From a virus (Duplodnaviria; Heunggongvirae; Uroviricota; Caudoviricetes), in IMG/VR virus record IMGVR_UViG_3300028394_000043: a DNA stretch of 37,290 bases; one strand, given 5' to 3'. The notes beneath the pieces are model-generated. The model was given only the letters and a program-made list of their open reading frames with translations, searched no databases and was not told the DNA's origin. Position numbers and translations under genes: made by a program. Positions 1-14,500 of the stretch are shown here, piece after piece (the stretch's first letter is position 1; each line of letters starts with the position of its first letter).

Positions 1-144
1 AAATACTCCAACACCTACAGTAACTGAGACACCAACAAATACTCCAACACCTACAGTAACTGAGACACCAACAAATACTCCAACACCTACAGTAACTGAG
101 ACACCAACAAATACTCCAACACCTACAATAACTGAAACACCAAC
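1..144 (+). repeat. 36-bp coding tandem repeat (3 exact copies plus 1 variant), truncated by the window edge
   Basis: aaatactccaacacctacagtaactgagacaccaac at 1-36, 37-72 and 73-108; variant at 109-144. Confidence 0.95.
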
Positions 145-361
145 AAACACACCTACATCAACCATAACCCCAACTATAACTGAAACTCCGACAAACACAC
201 CTACATCAACCATAACCCCAACCACAACAGTAACACCTACTCAAACTAATACCCCAACCACAACAGTAACACCTACACCAACAGAACCATTCTTTATATT
301 AGCTCAGAATGGTAACATATTAACCGCTCAAAATGGTAATGGAATAGAATATCAACATTAA
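1..361 (+). CDS. 5'-truncated Pro/Thr-rich (mucin-like) putative virion protein, not in the ORF track
   Basis: Frame +2 is open from base 2 to TAA at 359-361. It reads ([12 protein letters not shown])x3, [12 protein letters not shown], further PT-rich sequence, then [26 protein letters not shown]. Confidence 0.9.
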   Translation, partial: NTPTPTVTETPTNTPTPTVTETPTNTPTPTVTETPTNTPTPTITETPTNTPTSTITPTITETPTNTPTSTITPTTTVTPTQTNTPTTTVTPTPTEPFFILAQNGNILTAQNGNGIEYQH

Positions 362-367
362 AATTAA

Positions 368-375
368 TATTTATA
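368..375 (+). promoter_or_regulatory. TATTTATA motif, candidate late promoter element
   Basis: Exact octamer 3 nt before the ATG at 379; it recurs before four other structural-type genes. Confidence 0.5.
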
Positions 376-378
376 AAA

Positions 379-885
379 ATGGGAAACACATTAATATCAG
401 ATTTACAAACATACACAGGAAACACAGATGGTGTTTTTCTTGTTATGAACAATAGTGGTAACACAGAATCATTCAAAATAACTAAAGAAACATTATTTAG
501 TGGGTATTCACAAAGTGCGATATCCCCCGTCACAGGAAGTTGGTCGTTATCTGCAGGTACAAATACTGTTGATTTTACAGTTCCGGCGGGTCAATCATAT
601 GTTATGTGGGTGAATGGAAATATTCCAAACGGTATTGTTAATTGGAACGCAACAGTAACATTATCAAATAATAATGTACCCGTAATAGGTGTACAATATG
701 GTTGGTATTATCTTGCTGGAAATGCTTTGGTGTTAACATCAATGCCAAGTCAAATAGTTGGAACTGCGGGGAGTATTATTACCTCATCTCCAGCGGTTTC
801 AAATACAAATACCTTCACATTTGGTATAACCAATAACAGTGGTTCACCTAAAACAGTATATTACGGATACGTTAAAATAAGTTAA
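379..885 (+). CDS. Putative virion fibre/decoration protein (N-terminal 'ISxL' module plus beta-rich head)
   Basis: 168 aa. The N-terminus MGNTLISDLQ..FLVMNNS..SFKITKETLF resembles the next gene's N-terminus; the C-terminus is Ser/Thr/Asn/Gly/aromatic-rich, consistent with beta strands. Confidence 0.6.
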   Translation: MGNTLISDLQTYTGNTDGVFLVMNNSGNTESFKITKETLFSGYSQSAISPVTGSWSLSAGTNTVDFTVPAGQSYVMWVNGNIPNGIVNWNATVTLSNNNVPVIGVQYGWYYLAGNALVLTSMPSQIVGTAGSIITSSPAVSNTNTFTFGITNNSGSPKTVYYGYVKIS

Positions 886-930
886 AATGTACGACACAAA
901 CACCAATCTAAATAATAAAAAAATAAAAAC

Positions 931-938
931 TATTTATA
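931..938 (+). promoter_or_regulatory. TATTTATA motif, candidate late promoter element
   Basis: aacTATTTATAta in the intergenic gap, 15 nt before the ATG at 954. Confidence 0.6.
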
Positions 939-953
939 TAAAAAACAAAAATT

Positions 954-1535
954 ATGTTAACAGGAAAAACAATTAGCGAATTACCATTACTACCTTACGA
1001 TGTATTAAATGATAATGTTTTAGTACCGGTAGAGGCAAGTGGTTCAACATATCACGTACCTTTCTCAGATATTTTACACAGACCTTTCGCTGCGTTATCT
1101 GATTCAACAACACAACCATTATCAGGGTCAAATATCCCAACGGTAATAACTTTTAATAGTGAAGATATTATAAGTGGAATAACATTAGTTAATAGTTCTC
1201 AAATTACGGTACCAAGACCGGGTGTTTATAGTGCCGGAATTTCAATGCAATTTGATAAAAATTCAGTAACATCAGCAGAACCAATATATGTTTGGACAAG
1301 AGTTAATGGTGAGGATGTACCAAATAGCGCGGGTGAGTTTAGATTATTAAATAATAATATAGAGGCGTTACCATATATCCCATATACGTATGAATTAAAT
1401 GCTGGTGATTACATTGAATTTGTTTTTGCATCCGTGGATGATGGTGTATTTTTATCATTCATACCATCATCAGATTCTCCATATGTGAGACCGGCATCAC
1501 CATCAATTACTTTAGAAATAAAACAAATAGCTTAA
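954..1535 (+). CDS. Putative fibre protein with C1q/TNF/BclA-C-like trimeric head
   Basis: 193 aa. ITFNS..ITVPRPGVY..MQF..VWTRVNGEDVPNS..YELNAGDYIEF matches the C1q/BclA-CTD jelly-roll pattern; N-terminal KTISELP module. Confidence 0.7.
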   Translation: MLTGKTISELPLLPYDVLNDNVLVPVEASGSTYHVPFSDILHRPFAALSDSTTQPLSGSNIPTVITFNSEDIISGITLVNSSQITVPRPGVYSAGISMQFDKNSVTSAEPIYVWTRVNGEDVPNSAGEFRLLNNNIEALPYIPYTYELNAGDYIEFVFASVDDGVFLSFIPSSDSPYVRPASPSITLEIKQIA

Positions 1536-1541
1536 TATTAA

Positions 1542-2567
1542 ATGTCCCAATCAATAATAATTGAAAGTATAAATTTTGATGGAGAATTCGCAACCATTAT
1601 ATTAACCCCTTATAATAATGATAATGTGGTTAATATTGGATTGCAACAATTACCATATACTTTTAATCCAAGTTTAATTAACCCATTACTTGAAATATAC
1701 GGGACATACACTTTAGTTATAAATGAAAATGGAAAGGATTGTACATATTTCTTAAATGTGATTAAGGAAACTCCTACTCCAACACCAACTATAACCCCAA
1801 CTAAAACTCCTACTCAAACACCGACAGTTACACCAAGTGTTACTGCAACATATAACCCTTGTCCGGACCCATCACAAACACCGGCACCGACGGAAACACC
1901 AACCAATACTCCAACACCTACGGTTACACCAACTGTTACACAAACGCCTTGTTACCCACCAAGTCCAACACCAACTAAAACACCAACACCTACACCGACT
2001 CCGGTGTATTTCGCATACTTATTTATTGAACCAACAACAGGAGCAACCGACATAGGTCAATGGATGTATGATAGTGGTTCTAACTTCTTTGGATTTACAA
2101 ATAATAGTCAGCCGTCTCAAAACCAAACTCAATTTAATGTTGATATGAATAATTATGTTGACTTTAGTGGTTGGACAAATGGATTATTCCCAACAATTAT
2201 TCAACAATCAGTACCACAACAAAGTGGTGGATTTGATACATTTGGTAATCCAATTGTTAGATACAATTTCTTAACAACTGAAGTTCTTGAAAATACTATT
2301 CCTGTAAATGCTTGGTATACTTGGATAATCCCAATATCATTAACTAATAACCAAACTCAAACGGCTATTGATGTAAATAGTGATGGTGACCCTAATAATT
2401 TAGCAACAGTATTAACTGATAGTACTATTAATACTTATACATTTACTTATACAGGAAACACTATTCAACCGGTAACTTATAAAGTTTATACAACTTTCCC
2501 GAGTAGAATTTTAGCATTAAACAATAATCAAAGTATTTATTTCAGAGGGAATACAGTTTCTCCGTAA
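1542..2567 (+). CDS. Pro/Thr-linker putative virion structural protein
   Basis: 341 aa: ~75-aa N-domain, ~80-aa TPTPT tract with two Cys, beta-rich C-domain; no signal peptide evident. Confidence 0.7.
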   Translation: MSQSIIIESINFDGEFATIILTPYNNDNVVNIGLQQLPYTFNPSLINPLLEIYGTYTLVINENGKDCTYFLNVIKETPTPTPTITPTKTPTQTPTVTPSVTATYNPCPDPSQTPAPTETPTNTPTPTVTPTVTQTPCYPPSPTPTKTPTPTPTPVYFAYLFIEPTTGATDIGQWMYDSGSNFFGFTNNSQPSQNQTQFNVDMNNYVDFSGWTNGLFPTIIQQSVPQQSGGFDTFGNPIVRYNFLTTEVLENTIPVNAWYTWIIPISLTNNQTQTAIDVNSDGDPNNLATVLTDSTINTYTFTYTGNTIQPVTYKVYTTFPSRILALNNNQSIYFRGNTVSP

Positions 2568-2585
2568 TATATAATTTGATAAAAT

Positions 2586-5500
2586 ATGTCTAATCTAAAC
2601 TATAAGAATCCTTTATCTCCTCTTATTGCGAATGGAAGTCAAACTTCATTACGTACAAGTACTTTTGGAACAACCTTTAGTGTCCTTAACACAGGTGGTT
2701 TTATGGAGGTTTACACCCTGAATGATTTAATTTATAACATACCAATTGGTAGTTATGGTGATATTGAATTTTCGGGGAATACAATTCCTATTCAATTATG
2801 GAAAGGAACGGGTAGTTCATTTTCTTTTGACACTTTAACTTTAAATTCAGACAATATTTCATCCGGAAGACGCCGTCTTGGGATGTTAGTTTATGTTTAC
2901 GAAACAAATCAAATTTATCAGTATTCAATAGATAATTACAATACTTTATGGTCGGACGCATTAGGTGCGTCAGGACCGGGTGGTAATACCGTAGTTGTAT
3001 CGGATTTTGGAACAACAATTAAAAATAATACACCTGAAGGTCAAACATTTATAAACACTTGGATAGACTCAACTATTGAGGGTGTTAATGGGGTTACAAG
3101 ACCAAACGCCAGATGGAGAATATTGGCAACATCTTCAACAGACATATATGTTACCGGAGGTACTTATTTTTCATCATCAACAACATTAGATTTATACAGA
3201 AATGATGGTGTGACAGTATCTATCACAGGATTTACATCCGGTGGTGGTGGTACAGGTACATCAGGTACAAGCGGAACTTCAGGAACAAGCGGTATAGATG
3301 GAACTTCAGGAACAAGCGGTATAGATGGAACTTCGGGTACTAGTGGTATAGATGGAACTTCGGGTACTAGTGGTATAGATGGAACTTCGGGTACGAGTGG
3401 TATTGACGGAACTTCAGGGACAAGTGGTACTTCAGGCACAAGTGGAATTGATGGTACTTCGGGAACGTCAGGTACTAGCGGAACTGCGGGTACGAGTGGA
3501 ATAGACGGAACTTCAGGAACAAGTGGAACATCAGGTACGAGTGGAATTGATGGTTCATCAGGAACAAGCGGTATAGATGGTTCATCCGGTACTAGTGGTA
3601 TAGATGGTTCATCAGGAACTTCAGGGTTAAGTGGTATTGACGGTATAGACGGAACATCAGGTACTTCTGGTACAAGCGGTACTTCAGGTACATCCGGAAC
3701 TTCAGGTACAGGTGGAACAAGTGGAACTGCCGGTACGTCAGGTACGAGTGGCACATCAGGAACAACGGGTACTTCAGGTACTAGTGGGACTTCAGGAACG
3801 TCAGGCACTAGCGGTACAACAGGAACAAGTGGGACTGCGGGTACATCAGGGACAAGTGGTATAGATGGAACATCAGGGACAAGTGGTATAGATGGTACTT
3901 CAGGTACATCAGGTATAGACGGAACATCAGGAACATCAGGATTAAGTGGTATTGACGGTTTAGACGGTACTTCAGGAACAAGTGGTACAAGCGGAACAAC
4001 AGGAACAAGTGGTACAAGCGGAACAACAGGAACAAGTGGTACAAGCGGAACAACAGGAACAAGTGGTACTTCAGGTTCAACGGGAACATCAGGGACTTCA
4101 GGTACTAGTGGAACGACAGGTACATCGGGAACTTCAGGTACAACAGGAACTAGTGGAACATCAGGAACAACAGGTACTAGCGGAACATCAGGAACTGCGG
4201 GTACTTCAGGTACGTCAGGAACTACCGGAACATCAGGAACATCAGGAACATCGGGTACTTCAGGTACAAGCGGTATAGATGGAACATCAGGTACGAGTGG
4301 AACTGCGGGTACAAGCGGAACTTCAGGGACTAGTGGAATAGACGGAACCTCAGGTACAAGCGGAATAGACGGAACATCAGGAACAAGTGGTATAGACGGA
4401 ACATCAGGTACAAGTGGTATAGACGGAACATCAGGAACATCAGGATTAAGTGGTATTGACGGTTTAGACGGTACTTCAGGAACAAGTGGTACAAGCGGAA
4501 CAACAGGAACTTCGGGTACTAGTGGAACAAGCGGAACATCAGGTACATCAGGTACATCAGGTACTAGTGGCACAACAGGAACAAGTGGAACAAGTGGAAC
4601 TGCGGGTACGTCAGGGACATCAGGTACTAGCGGCACAACAGGAACGTCAGGAACTGCGGGTACAAGTGGAACATCGGGTACATCAGGCACTTCAGGTTCT
4701 AGCGGAACATCAGGAACTAGCGGTACAAGTGGAACTTCAGGAACAAGCGGAACTTCGGGTACAAGTGGAACTTCGGGTACAAGTGGAACTTCGGGTACAA
4801 GTGGTACATCAGGTACAACAGGAACTTCGGGTACTAGTGGAACAAGCGGAACATCAGGTACATCAGGTACATCAGGTACTAGTGGCACAACAGGAACAAG
4901 TGGAACTTCAGGGACTAGTGGAATAGACGGAACATCAGGAACTAGCGGTACAAGTGGAACTTCAGGAACAAGCGGAACTTCGGGTACAAGTGGAACTTCA
5001 GGAACAAGCGGAACTTCGGGTACAAGTGGTACATCAGGTACAACAGGAACTTCGGGTACTAGTGGTACTGCGGGTACAAGTGGAACATCAGGTGTAAATG
5101 GTACTTCAGGAACATCAGGTACATCAGGTATAGACGGAACATCGGGTACTTCAGGTATAGATGGAACATCGGGCACTTCAGGTACAAGTGGTATAGATGG
5201 TACTTCAGGTACATCAGGAATAGACGGAACATCAGGAACAAGTGGTATAGATGGTACTTCAGGAACATCAGGAACATCAGGAACATCAGGGTTAAGTGGT
5301 GTAGATGGTATTGACGGAACTTCAGGAACATCAGGAACAACAGGTACTAGCGGAACATCAGGAACAAGCGGTACATCGGGTACTTCAGGAACAACAGGCA
5401 CTAGCGGAACATCAGGAACTGCGGGTACAAGTGGAACTTCAGGAACTACAGGCACTAGCGGAACAACCGGAACTTCAGGTACATCAGGAACTAGTGGCAC

Positions 5501-8500
5501 TTCAGGAACAAGTGGAACAACAGGTACATCGGGTACGAGTGGAACTTCGGGTACTTCAGGAACTAGCGGTACATCAGGAGTAAATGGTACTTCAGGAACA
5601 AGTGGTATAGATGGTACTTCAGGTACATCAGGTATAGACGGAACATCAGGTACGAGTGGTACAACAGGAACAAGCGGAACTTCAGGTACTGCTGGTACAA
5701 CAGGAACAAGTGGTACTTCAGGTACAAGCGGAACTGCGGGTACTTCAGGAACTAGTGGAACATCAGGAACAAGTGGAACTGCGGGTACAAGTGGTACTTC
5801 AGGTACAAGCGGAACATCGGGTTCTTCAGGAACTTCAGGTACTTCAGGTACTAGCGGCACAACAGGAACAAGTGGAACTGCGGGTACATCGGGGACAAGT
5901 GGTTCATCAGGAACAAGTGGGACTAGCGGTACTTCAGGAACTAGCGGAACATCAGGGGTAAATGGTTTATCAGGTGTAAATGGTACTTCAGGCACATCAG
6001 GAATAGACGGAACTTCAGGTACATCAGGAACTTCAGGTTCAACAGGAACTAGTGGAACATCAGGAACAAGTGGAACTTCAGGAACAAGTGGGACAACGGG
6101 TACAAGCGGAACATCAGGTACTAGTGGGACTTCAGGAACATCAGGAACAAGTGGAACTGCGGGTACAAGTGGTACATCAGGTTCAACAGGAACTTCAGGA
6201 ACTTCAGGGACTAGTGGAATAGACGGAACCTCAGGTACTTCAGGTACATCGGGAACTAGCGGTACTGCGGGTACATCCGGAACTTCGGGGACAACAGGAA
6301 CTAGCGGAACGTCAGGAACTGCGGGTACAAGTGGAACATCAGGAACAAGTGGAACTGCGGGTACAAGTGGTACATCAGGAACAAGTGGTATAGACGGAAC
6401 TTCAGGTACATCGGGAATAGACGGAACATCAGGAACAAGTGGTATAGACGGAACTTCAGGTACATCAGGGTTAAGTGGTGTAGATGGTATGGACGGAACT
6501 TCAGGCACATCAGGAACTAGCGGAACATCAGGTACTTCAGGTACATCGGGAACTTCAGGTACATCGGGAACTTCAGGTACATCGGGAACTTCAGGTTCAA
6601 GTGGAACATCGGGTACGAGCGGGACATCGGGTACAAGTGGAACTAGCGGTACAACAGGGACTAGTGGCACGTCAGGAACGAGTGGAACTGCGGGTACTAG
6701 TGGGACTTCAGGAACGTCAGGTACTAGTGGTACATCAGGTTCAACAGGTACATCAGGAACTAGTGGAACAACAGGAACAAGCGGTACGTCAGGTACAAGT
6801 GGAACTACCGGAACATCAGGAACAAGTGGTTCAACAGGAACTAGTGGGACTTCGGGGACAACAGGAACTTCGGGTACATCGGGAACTTCAGGTTCAGCGG
6901 GTACATCGGGCACAACCGGAACTAGCGGAACTTCAGGTATTAATGGTACTAACGGTACAAGCGGAACTTCAGGTACAACAGGAACTTCAGGTACAACAGG
7001 GACTAGCGGTACATCAGGGACAACAGGTACGTCAGGAACAAGTGGAACTAGTGGTACAACAGGGACATCAGGTACTTCAGGTGTAAATGGTTTATCAGGT
7101 GTAAATGGTACATCAGGAACTTCGGGTACAACAGGAACAAGCGGTACATCAGGAACTACGGGTACAAGTGGAACTGCGGGTACAACAGGAACAAGTGGAA
7201 CATCCGGTTCATCAGGAATAAATGGAACAAATGGTACGTCGGGAACTGCCGGTACAAGCGGAACATCAGGAACTGCTGGTACTTCAGGGACATCGGGAAC
7301 AAGTGGTACAACAGGAACTAGCGGCACGTCAGGAACGAGTGGAACATCGGGGACAAGTGGTTCTTCAGGAACAACAGGTACATCAGGAACTGCGGGTACG
7401 AGTGGAACATCGGGTACAAGTGGAACATCGGGTACAAGTGGAACATCGGGTACAAGTGGAACATCAGGAACTGCGGGTACAAGTGGAACTGCGGGTACTA
7501 GTGGAACAACAGGAACTTCGGGGACATCAGGTTCAACAGGTACTTCAGGAACATCAGGAATAAATGGAACTAACGGTACGTCGGGAACTACGGGGACTAG
7601 CGGAACTTCAGGAATAAATGGAACTAATGGTACAAGCGGAACATCGGGAACAACCGGGACAAGTGGTACTTCAGGAATAAATGGAACAAACGGTACGTCA
7701 GGAACTGCGGGTACATCAGGGACTTCAGGTACAAGCGGAACTGCGGGTACTTCAGGCTCAACAGGTACTTCAGGAACTGCGGGTACAAGTGGAACAACCG
7801 GAACTAGTGGTACATCAGGTACAAGTGGAACTAGCGGTACAACAGGGACATCCGGAACATCAGGTACAAGTGGTACTTCAGGTGTAAATGGTTTATCAGG
7901 AGTAAATGGTACTTCAGGAACTGCGGGGACAAGCGGTACATCAGGTACAAGTGGAACTTCAGGAATAAATGGAACTAACGGTACTTCAGGGACAACAGGA
8001 ACATCAGGTACTAGTGGAACATCGGGTACTTCAGGAACAAGCGGAACAACAGGTACATCGGGTACGAGTGGAACATCAGGCACTACAGGTACAAGCGGGA
8101 CTGCGGGTACTACAGGAACCTCAGGAACAAGTGGTACGTCAGGAACAAGTGGTACGTCAGGTACATCGGGTACGAGTGGAACATCGGGTACTTCAGGGAC
8201 AACAGGAACATCAGGTACTAGTGGAACATCGGGTACTAGTGGAACATCGGGTACTTCAGGAACAAGCGGAACAACAGGTACATCGGGAACTTCAGGAACA
8301 AGTGGAACTGCGGGAACATCAGGAACTACGGGTACGAGTGGGACTGCGGGAACAACAGGTACGTCAGGAACAAGTGGAACTGCGGGTACTTCAGGAACAA
8401 CAGGTACTTCAGGTTCAACGGGTACAAGTGGTACATCAGGTGTTAACGGAACTAATGGTACTAGCGGAACAACAGGGACATCCGGAACTTCGGGGACAAC

Positions 8501-11500
8501 AGGGACTAGTGGAACATCAGGTTCAACAGGAACATCCGGTACTGCGGGTACTTCAGGCTCAACAGGTACTTCAGGAACAAGTGGAACATCCGGTACTACA
8601 GGTACGTCAGGAACTAGCGGAACAACAGGAACTAGTGGAACATCAGGAACTGCGGGTACGAGTGGTACATCAGGAACATCAGGAATAAATGGAACTAACG
8701 GAACAACAGGTACAAGCGGTACTAGTGGTACAACCGGGACTTCAGGAACTAGCGGTACCACAGGTACAAGTGGAACTACAGGAACATCGGGTACATCGGG
8801 AACGAGTGGAACAACAGGAACTAGCGGAACTTCAGGAACTTCAGGAACAACCGGAACTTCGGGAACTAGTGGTTCAACGGGAACTAGCGGAACTGCGGGT
8901 ACAAGTGGTACATCGGGAACTACAGGAACTAGTGGTACTTCAGGAACAACAGGTACATCGGGAACTGCGGGGACAAGCGGAACTACAGGTACTAGTGGTA
9001 CGTCGGGAACTACGGGAACTAGCGGAACTTCAGGAATAAACGGAACTAATGGTACAAGCGGAACATCGGGAACAACCGGAACTAGCGGGACTTCGGGAAC
9101 AACAGGTACTAGTGGAACATCGGGAACATCGGGAACATCAGGTACAAGTGGTACTTCAGGTGTAAATGGTTTATCAGGAGTAAATGGTACTTCAGGAACT
9201 GCGGGTACAAGTGGAACTAGCGGTACAACCGGAACATCAGGTACAAGTGGAACAACAGGTACATCAGGTACTAGTGGAACATCGGGAACATCAGGTACTA
9301 GTGGTACTTCAGGAACTGCGGGTACTAGTGGTACTTCAGGAACTGCGGGTACAAGTGGAACTAGCGGAACGTCAGGAACAAGTGGTTCAACAGGTACTTC
9401 GGGAACTAGTGGTACGTCAGGTACAACAGGAACAAGCGGTACTTCGGGAGTTAATGGAACTAATGGTACAAGCGGAACTAGTGGAACTTCAGGTTCAACA
9501 GGAACGTCAGGTACAACCGGTACGAGTGGAACAACGGGTACTTCAGGTACATCAGGAGTTAATGGAACTAATGGTACGTCAGGAACTACGGGTACTTCAG
9601 GTACTTCAGGTACTTCGGGAACAAGTGGAACTACAGGAACATCTGGTACAAGCGGAACATCAGGAACTAGTGGAACTGCGGGTACGTCAGGAACATCGGG
9701 TACAACAGGAACAAGCGGTACATCAGGAACTTCAGGAATAAATGGAACTAATGGTACAAGCGGAACTTCAGGAACTTCAGGAACTGCGGGTACAAGTGGA
9801 ACAACCGGGACAAGCGGTACTTCAGGAACAACCGGGACATCGGGTACGTCGGGAACTGCCGGTACAAGTGGTACGTCAGGTACGAGTGGAACTTCGGGAG
9901 TAAATGGAACTAATGGTACGTCAGGAACTTCGGGAACTTCAGGTACATCAGGGACAAGCGGTACTACAGGTACAAGTGGAACATCAGGAACTGCGGGTAC
10001 AACAGGAACAAGTGGAACATCCGGTTCATCAGGAATAAATGGAACAAATGGTACTTCGGGAACTACAGGAACTAGTGGAACTTCAGGAATAAATGGAACT
10101 AATGGTACAAGCGGAACTACAGGAACTTCAGGTACATCGGGTACTTCAGGAACTAGTGGTACAACGGGTACAAGTGGAACATCAGGTGTTAACGGTACAA
10201 ATGGTACAAGTGGAACTACAGGAACATCAGGTACAACGGGTACTTCAGGAACTAGTGGTACAACGGGTACAAGTGGAACATCAGGTACAAGCGGTACAAC
10301 AGGAACAAGTGGAACAACCGGAACTAGTGGAACAACCGGAACTAGTGGTACATCGGGAACTTCAGGTTCAACGGGTACATCGGGAACTTCAGGTTCAACG
10401 GGTACATCGGGTACATCGGGTACATCGGGAACTAGTGGTACTAGCGGAACATCAGGTACATCAGGGACTTCGGGTACAAGTGGAACATCTGGTACAACCG
10501 GGACTTCAGGAACAAGCGGAACATCAGGCACTTCAGGGGTAAATGGTTTATCAGGAGTAAATGGTACTTCAGGAACTAGCGGAACATCAGGTACAAGCGG
10601 TACAACAGGAACAAGTGGAACAACCGGAACTAGTGGAACAACCGGAACTAGTGGTACATCGGGAACTTCAGGTTCAACGGGTACAACAGGAACTAGTGGA
10701 ACTTCAGGAATAAATGGAACTAACGGTACATCGGGTACGACCGGGACTTCAGGTACGAGTGGGACTTCAGGAACTGCGGGCACAAGTGGAACTAGCGGAA
10801 CATCAGGAACTACGGGTACGAGTGGGACTTCAGGTGTTAACGGTACTAATGGAACATCAGGAACTACGGGTACAAGTGGAACTTCAGGAACTACAGGTAC
10901 AAGCGGAACTTCAGGTACTAGTGGAACATCGGGTACAACAGGTACAAGTGGAACAACAGGAACTTCAGGGACTAGCGGAACAACAGGAACAAGCGGTACA
11001 TCAGGTACAACAGGAACATCGGGTACTAGCGGTACTTCGGGAGTTAATGGGACTAATGGTACATCAGGAACTACAGGTACTAGCGGTACTTCAGGAATAA
11101 ATGGAACTAATGGTACTTCAGGTACAAGCGGTACGACAGGTACAAGTGGTACGTCAGGTTCAACAGGAACATCGGGAACTAGCGGTACAACAGGTACTTC
11201 AGGTACTTCAGGAACTGCGGGTACATCAGGTACAAGTGGAACTGCCGGTACAAGCGGAACATCGGGTACGTCAGGAACAAGTGGAACTACCGGAACATCA
11301 GGAACTACGGGTACGAGTGGAACATCAGGAACTACAGGTACAAGCGGAACTACGGGTACAAGTGGTACGTCAGGTACAACAGGAACAAGTGGTACAAGCG
11401 GAACATCAGGTACAAGTGGTACTTCAGGTACAAGCGGAACATCAGGAGCTAATGGTGTAGATGGTGCTGTAGGTCCAACAGGAGCGTCAGGAACAAATGG

Positions 11501-14500
11501 AACAACAGGTACAAGCGGAACTAGTGGTACATCAGGAACATCGGGCACTTCAGGAATAAATGGAACTAACGGTACTTCGGGTACAAGCGGAACATCAGGG
11601 ACTACAGGAACTAGTGGGACTTCAGGTTCAACGGGTACATCGGGGACTACAGGAACTAGTGGAACTAGTGGAACTTCAGGTTCAACGGGTACATCAGGGA
11701 CTAGCGGAACTTCAGGAACATCAGGAACTAGTGGAACAACAGGAACAAGCGGAACTGCAGGTACGAGTGGTACTTCAGGAATAAATGGGACAAACGGTAC
11801 CTCAGGTACTACCGGAACAAGTGGAACTTCAGGTTCAATGGGGACATCAGGAACATCCGGTACAAGTGGAACTTCAGGTTCAACGGGGACATCAGGAACA
11901 TCCGGTACAAGTGGAACTTCAGGTGTTAACGGTACTAATGGTACTTCGGGAACTTCGGGAACTACGGGGACTAGTGGTACAACAGGAACTAGTGGAACTG
12001 CCGGTACTTCAGGAACATCAGGAATAAATGGAACTAATGGTACTTCAGGAACAACAGGAACTAGCGGTACCACGGGAACATCAGGTACAAGTGGAACAAC
12101 GGGTACTAGTGGAACAACGGGTACAAGTGGAACTTCGGGGACTACAGGAACGTCAGGTACATCGGGAACTACAGGTACAAGTGGTACGAGTGGTTCAACA
12201 GGAACTTCGGGAACTACAGGTACAAGTGGTACGAGTGGTTCAACAGGAACTTCGGGAACTACAGGTACAAGCGGTACTTCAGGTTCAACAGGTACTAGCG
12301 GTACTTCGGGAGTTAATGGGACTAATGGTACATCAGGAACCACAGGTACAAGTGGAACTAGCGGTACAACAGGGACTTCAGGTACAAGCGGTACTAGCGG
12401 AACATCGGGGACAAGTGGTTCAACAGGAACATCAGGAACAAGTGGAACTTCAGGAACTGCGGGAACTTCAGGAATAAATGGAACAAACGGTACATCAGGA
12501 ACTAGCGGAACTGCGGGAACAAGTGGAACAACAGGTACGAGTGGTACAACAGGAACGTCAGGTACGAGTGGAACAACAGGTACAAGTGGTACTTCAGGAA
12601 TAAATGGAACTAACGGTACTACAGGAACTTCAGGGACTGCGGGTACAAGCGGTACTACAGGAACATCAGGAACTAGTGGAACAACAGGAACAAGCGGAAC
12701 ATCGGGTACTTCAGGAACTAGTGGAACTACAGGAACATCCGGTACAACAGGAACTAGTGGAACTTCAGGTGTTAATGGAACAAACGGTACCTCAGGTACA
12801 AGTGGTTCATCAGGCACAAGTGGAACATCAGGAGCCAATGGTGTGGATGGTGCTGTAGGCCCAACAGGAGCTTCAGGGACAAATGGAACTAGCGGAACTT
12901 CAGGAACTACGGGGACTAGTGGTACAACAGGAACAAGCGGGACTTCGGGTACAACAGGTACATCGGGGACAAGCGGAACTACAGGTACTAGCGGTACTAC
13001 AGGTACTAGCGGTACTTCAGGAATAAATGGTACTTCAGGTACAAGCGGTACTAGTGGAACTGCCGGTACAAGCGGTACAACAGGAACATCGGGGACTAGT
13101 GGAACAACGGGGACAAGCGGTACGTCAGGAACTACAGGTACATCAGGAACATCAGGTGTTAATGGAACTAATGGTACGAGCGGTACTTCGGGTACAAGTG
13201 GAACAACAGGAACTAATGGTACGAGCGGTACTTCGGGTACAAGTGGAACAACAGGAACTAGTGGAACTGCCGGTACAAGCGGTACTTCAGGAACGTCAGG
13301 AACAAGTGGGACTACCGGAACAAGCGGTACGACAGGAACATCAGGAACTGCTGGTACAAGCGGGACTTCGGGTACAAGCGGGACTTCGGGTACAAGCGGA
13401 ACAACGGGTACATCAGGTTCAACAGGAACATCGGGAACTAGCGGAACAACAGGTACTTCGGGTACGACAGGAACTAGTGGTACTTCAGGTACATCAGGGG
13501 TTAATGGAACAAACGGTACATCGGGAACTAGCGGGACCACAGGAACTTCAGGTACATCAGGTACAAGTGGTACTTCAGGAGTTAATGGAACTAATGGTAC
13601 ATCGGGAACTACAGGAACTAGTGGGACATCGGGAACTACAGGTACATCGGGTACGAGTGGAACTAGTGGAACTGCCGGTACAAGCGGAACTTCAGGAACA
13701 TCAGGAACATCAGGAATAAATGGAACTAATGGTACAAGTGGAACTTCAGGAACTTCGGGTACTTCAGGAACAACAGGTACAAGCGGAACTTCAGGCTCAA
13801 CCGGTACATCAGGAACTAGTGGGACTGCGGGTACAAGTGGTACTTCAGGAATAAATGGAACTAACGGTACTTCAGGGACAAGCGGAACATCAGGAACTGC
13901 GGGTACAAGTGGAACAACGGGAACATCCGGTACTTCAGGTTCAACGGGTACATCGGGTACTTCAGGTACAAGCGGTACTTCAGGAATAAATGGAACTTCG
14001 GGGACTACAGGTACAAGTGGAACTTCAGGTGTAAATGGTACAAGCGGAACTGCGGGTACGTCAGGAACAAGTGGAACTACCGGAACATCAGGAACTACGG
14101 GTACGAGTGGGACTTCAGGTGTTAACGGTACTAATGGAACATCAGGAACTAGTGGAACAACAGGTACAAGCGGTACGTCAGGTACTAGCGGAACGTCAGG
14201 TGTAAATGGTACAAGCGGAACAACAGGAACTAGCGGAACAACAGGTACAAGCGGAACATCAGGTACAAGTGGAACTTCAGGGACTAGTGGAACAACGGGC
14301 ACTTCAGGTACTAGTGGAACAACGGGTACTTCAGGTACAAGCGGAACATCAGGAGCTAATGGTGTAGATGGTGCTGTAGGTCCAACAGGAGCGTCAGGAA
14401 CAAATGGAACGAGCGGAACAACAGGTACATCGGGAACATCAGGTACAACCGGAACATCAGGGACTTCAGGAATAAATGGAACAAACGGTACATCAGGAAC

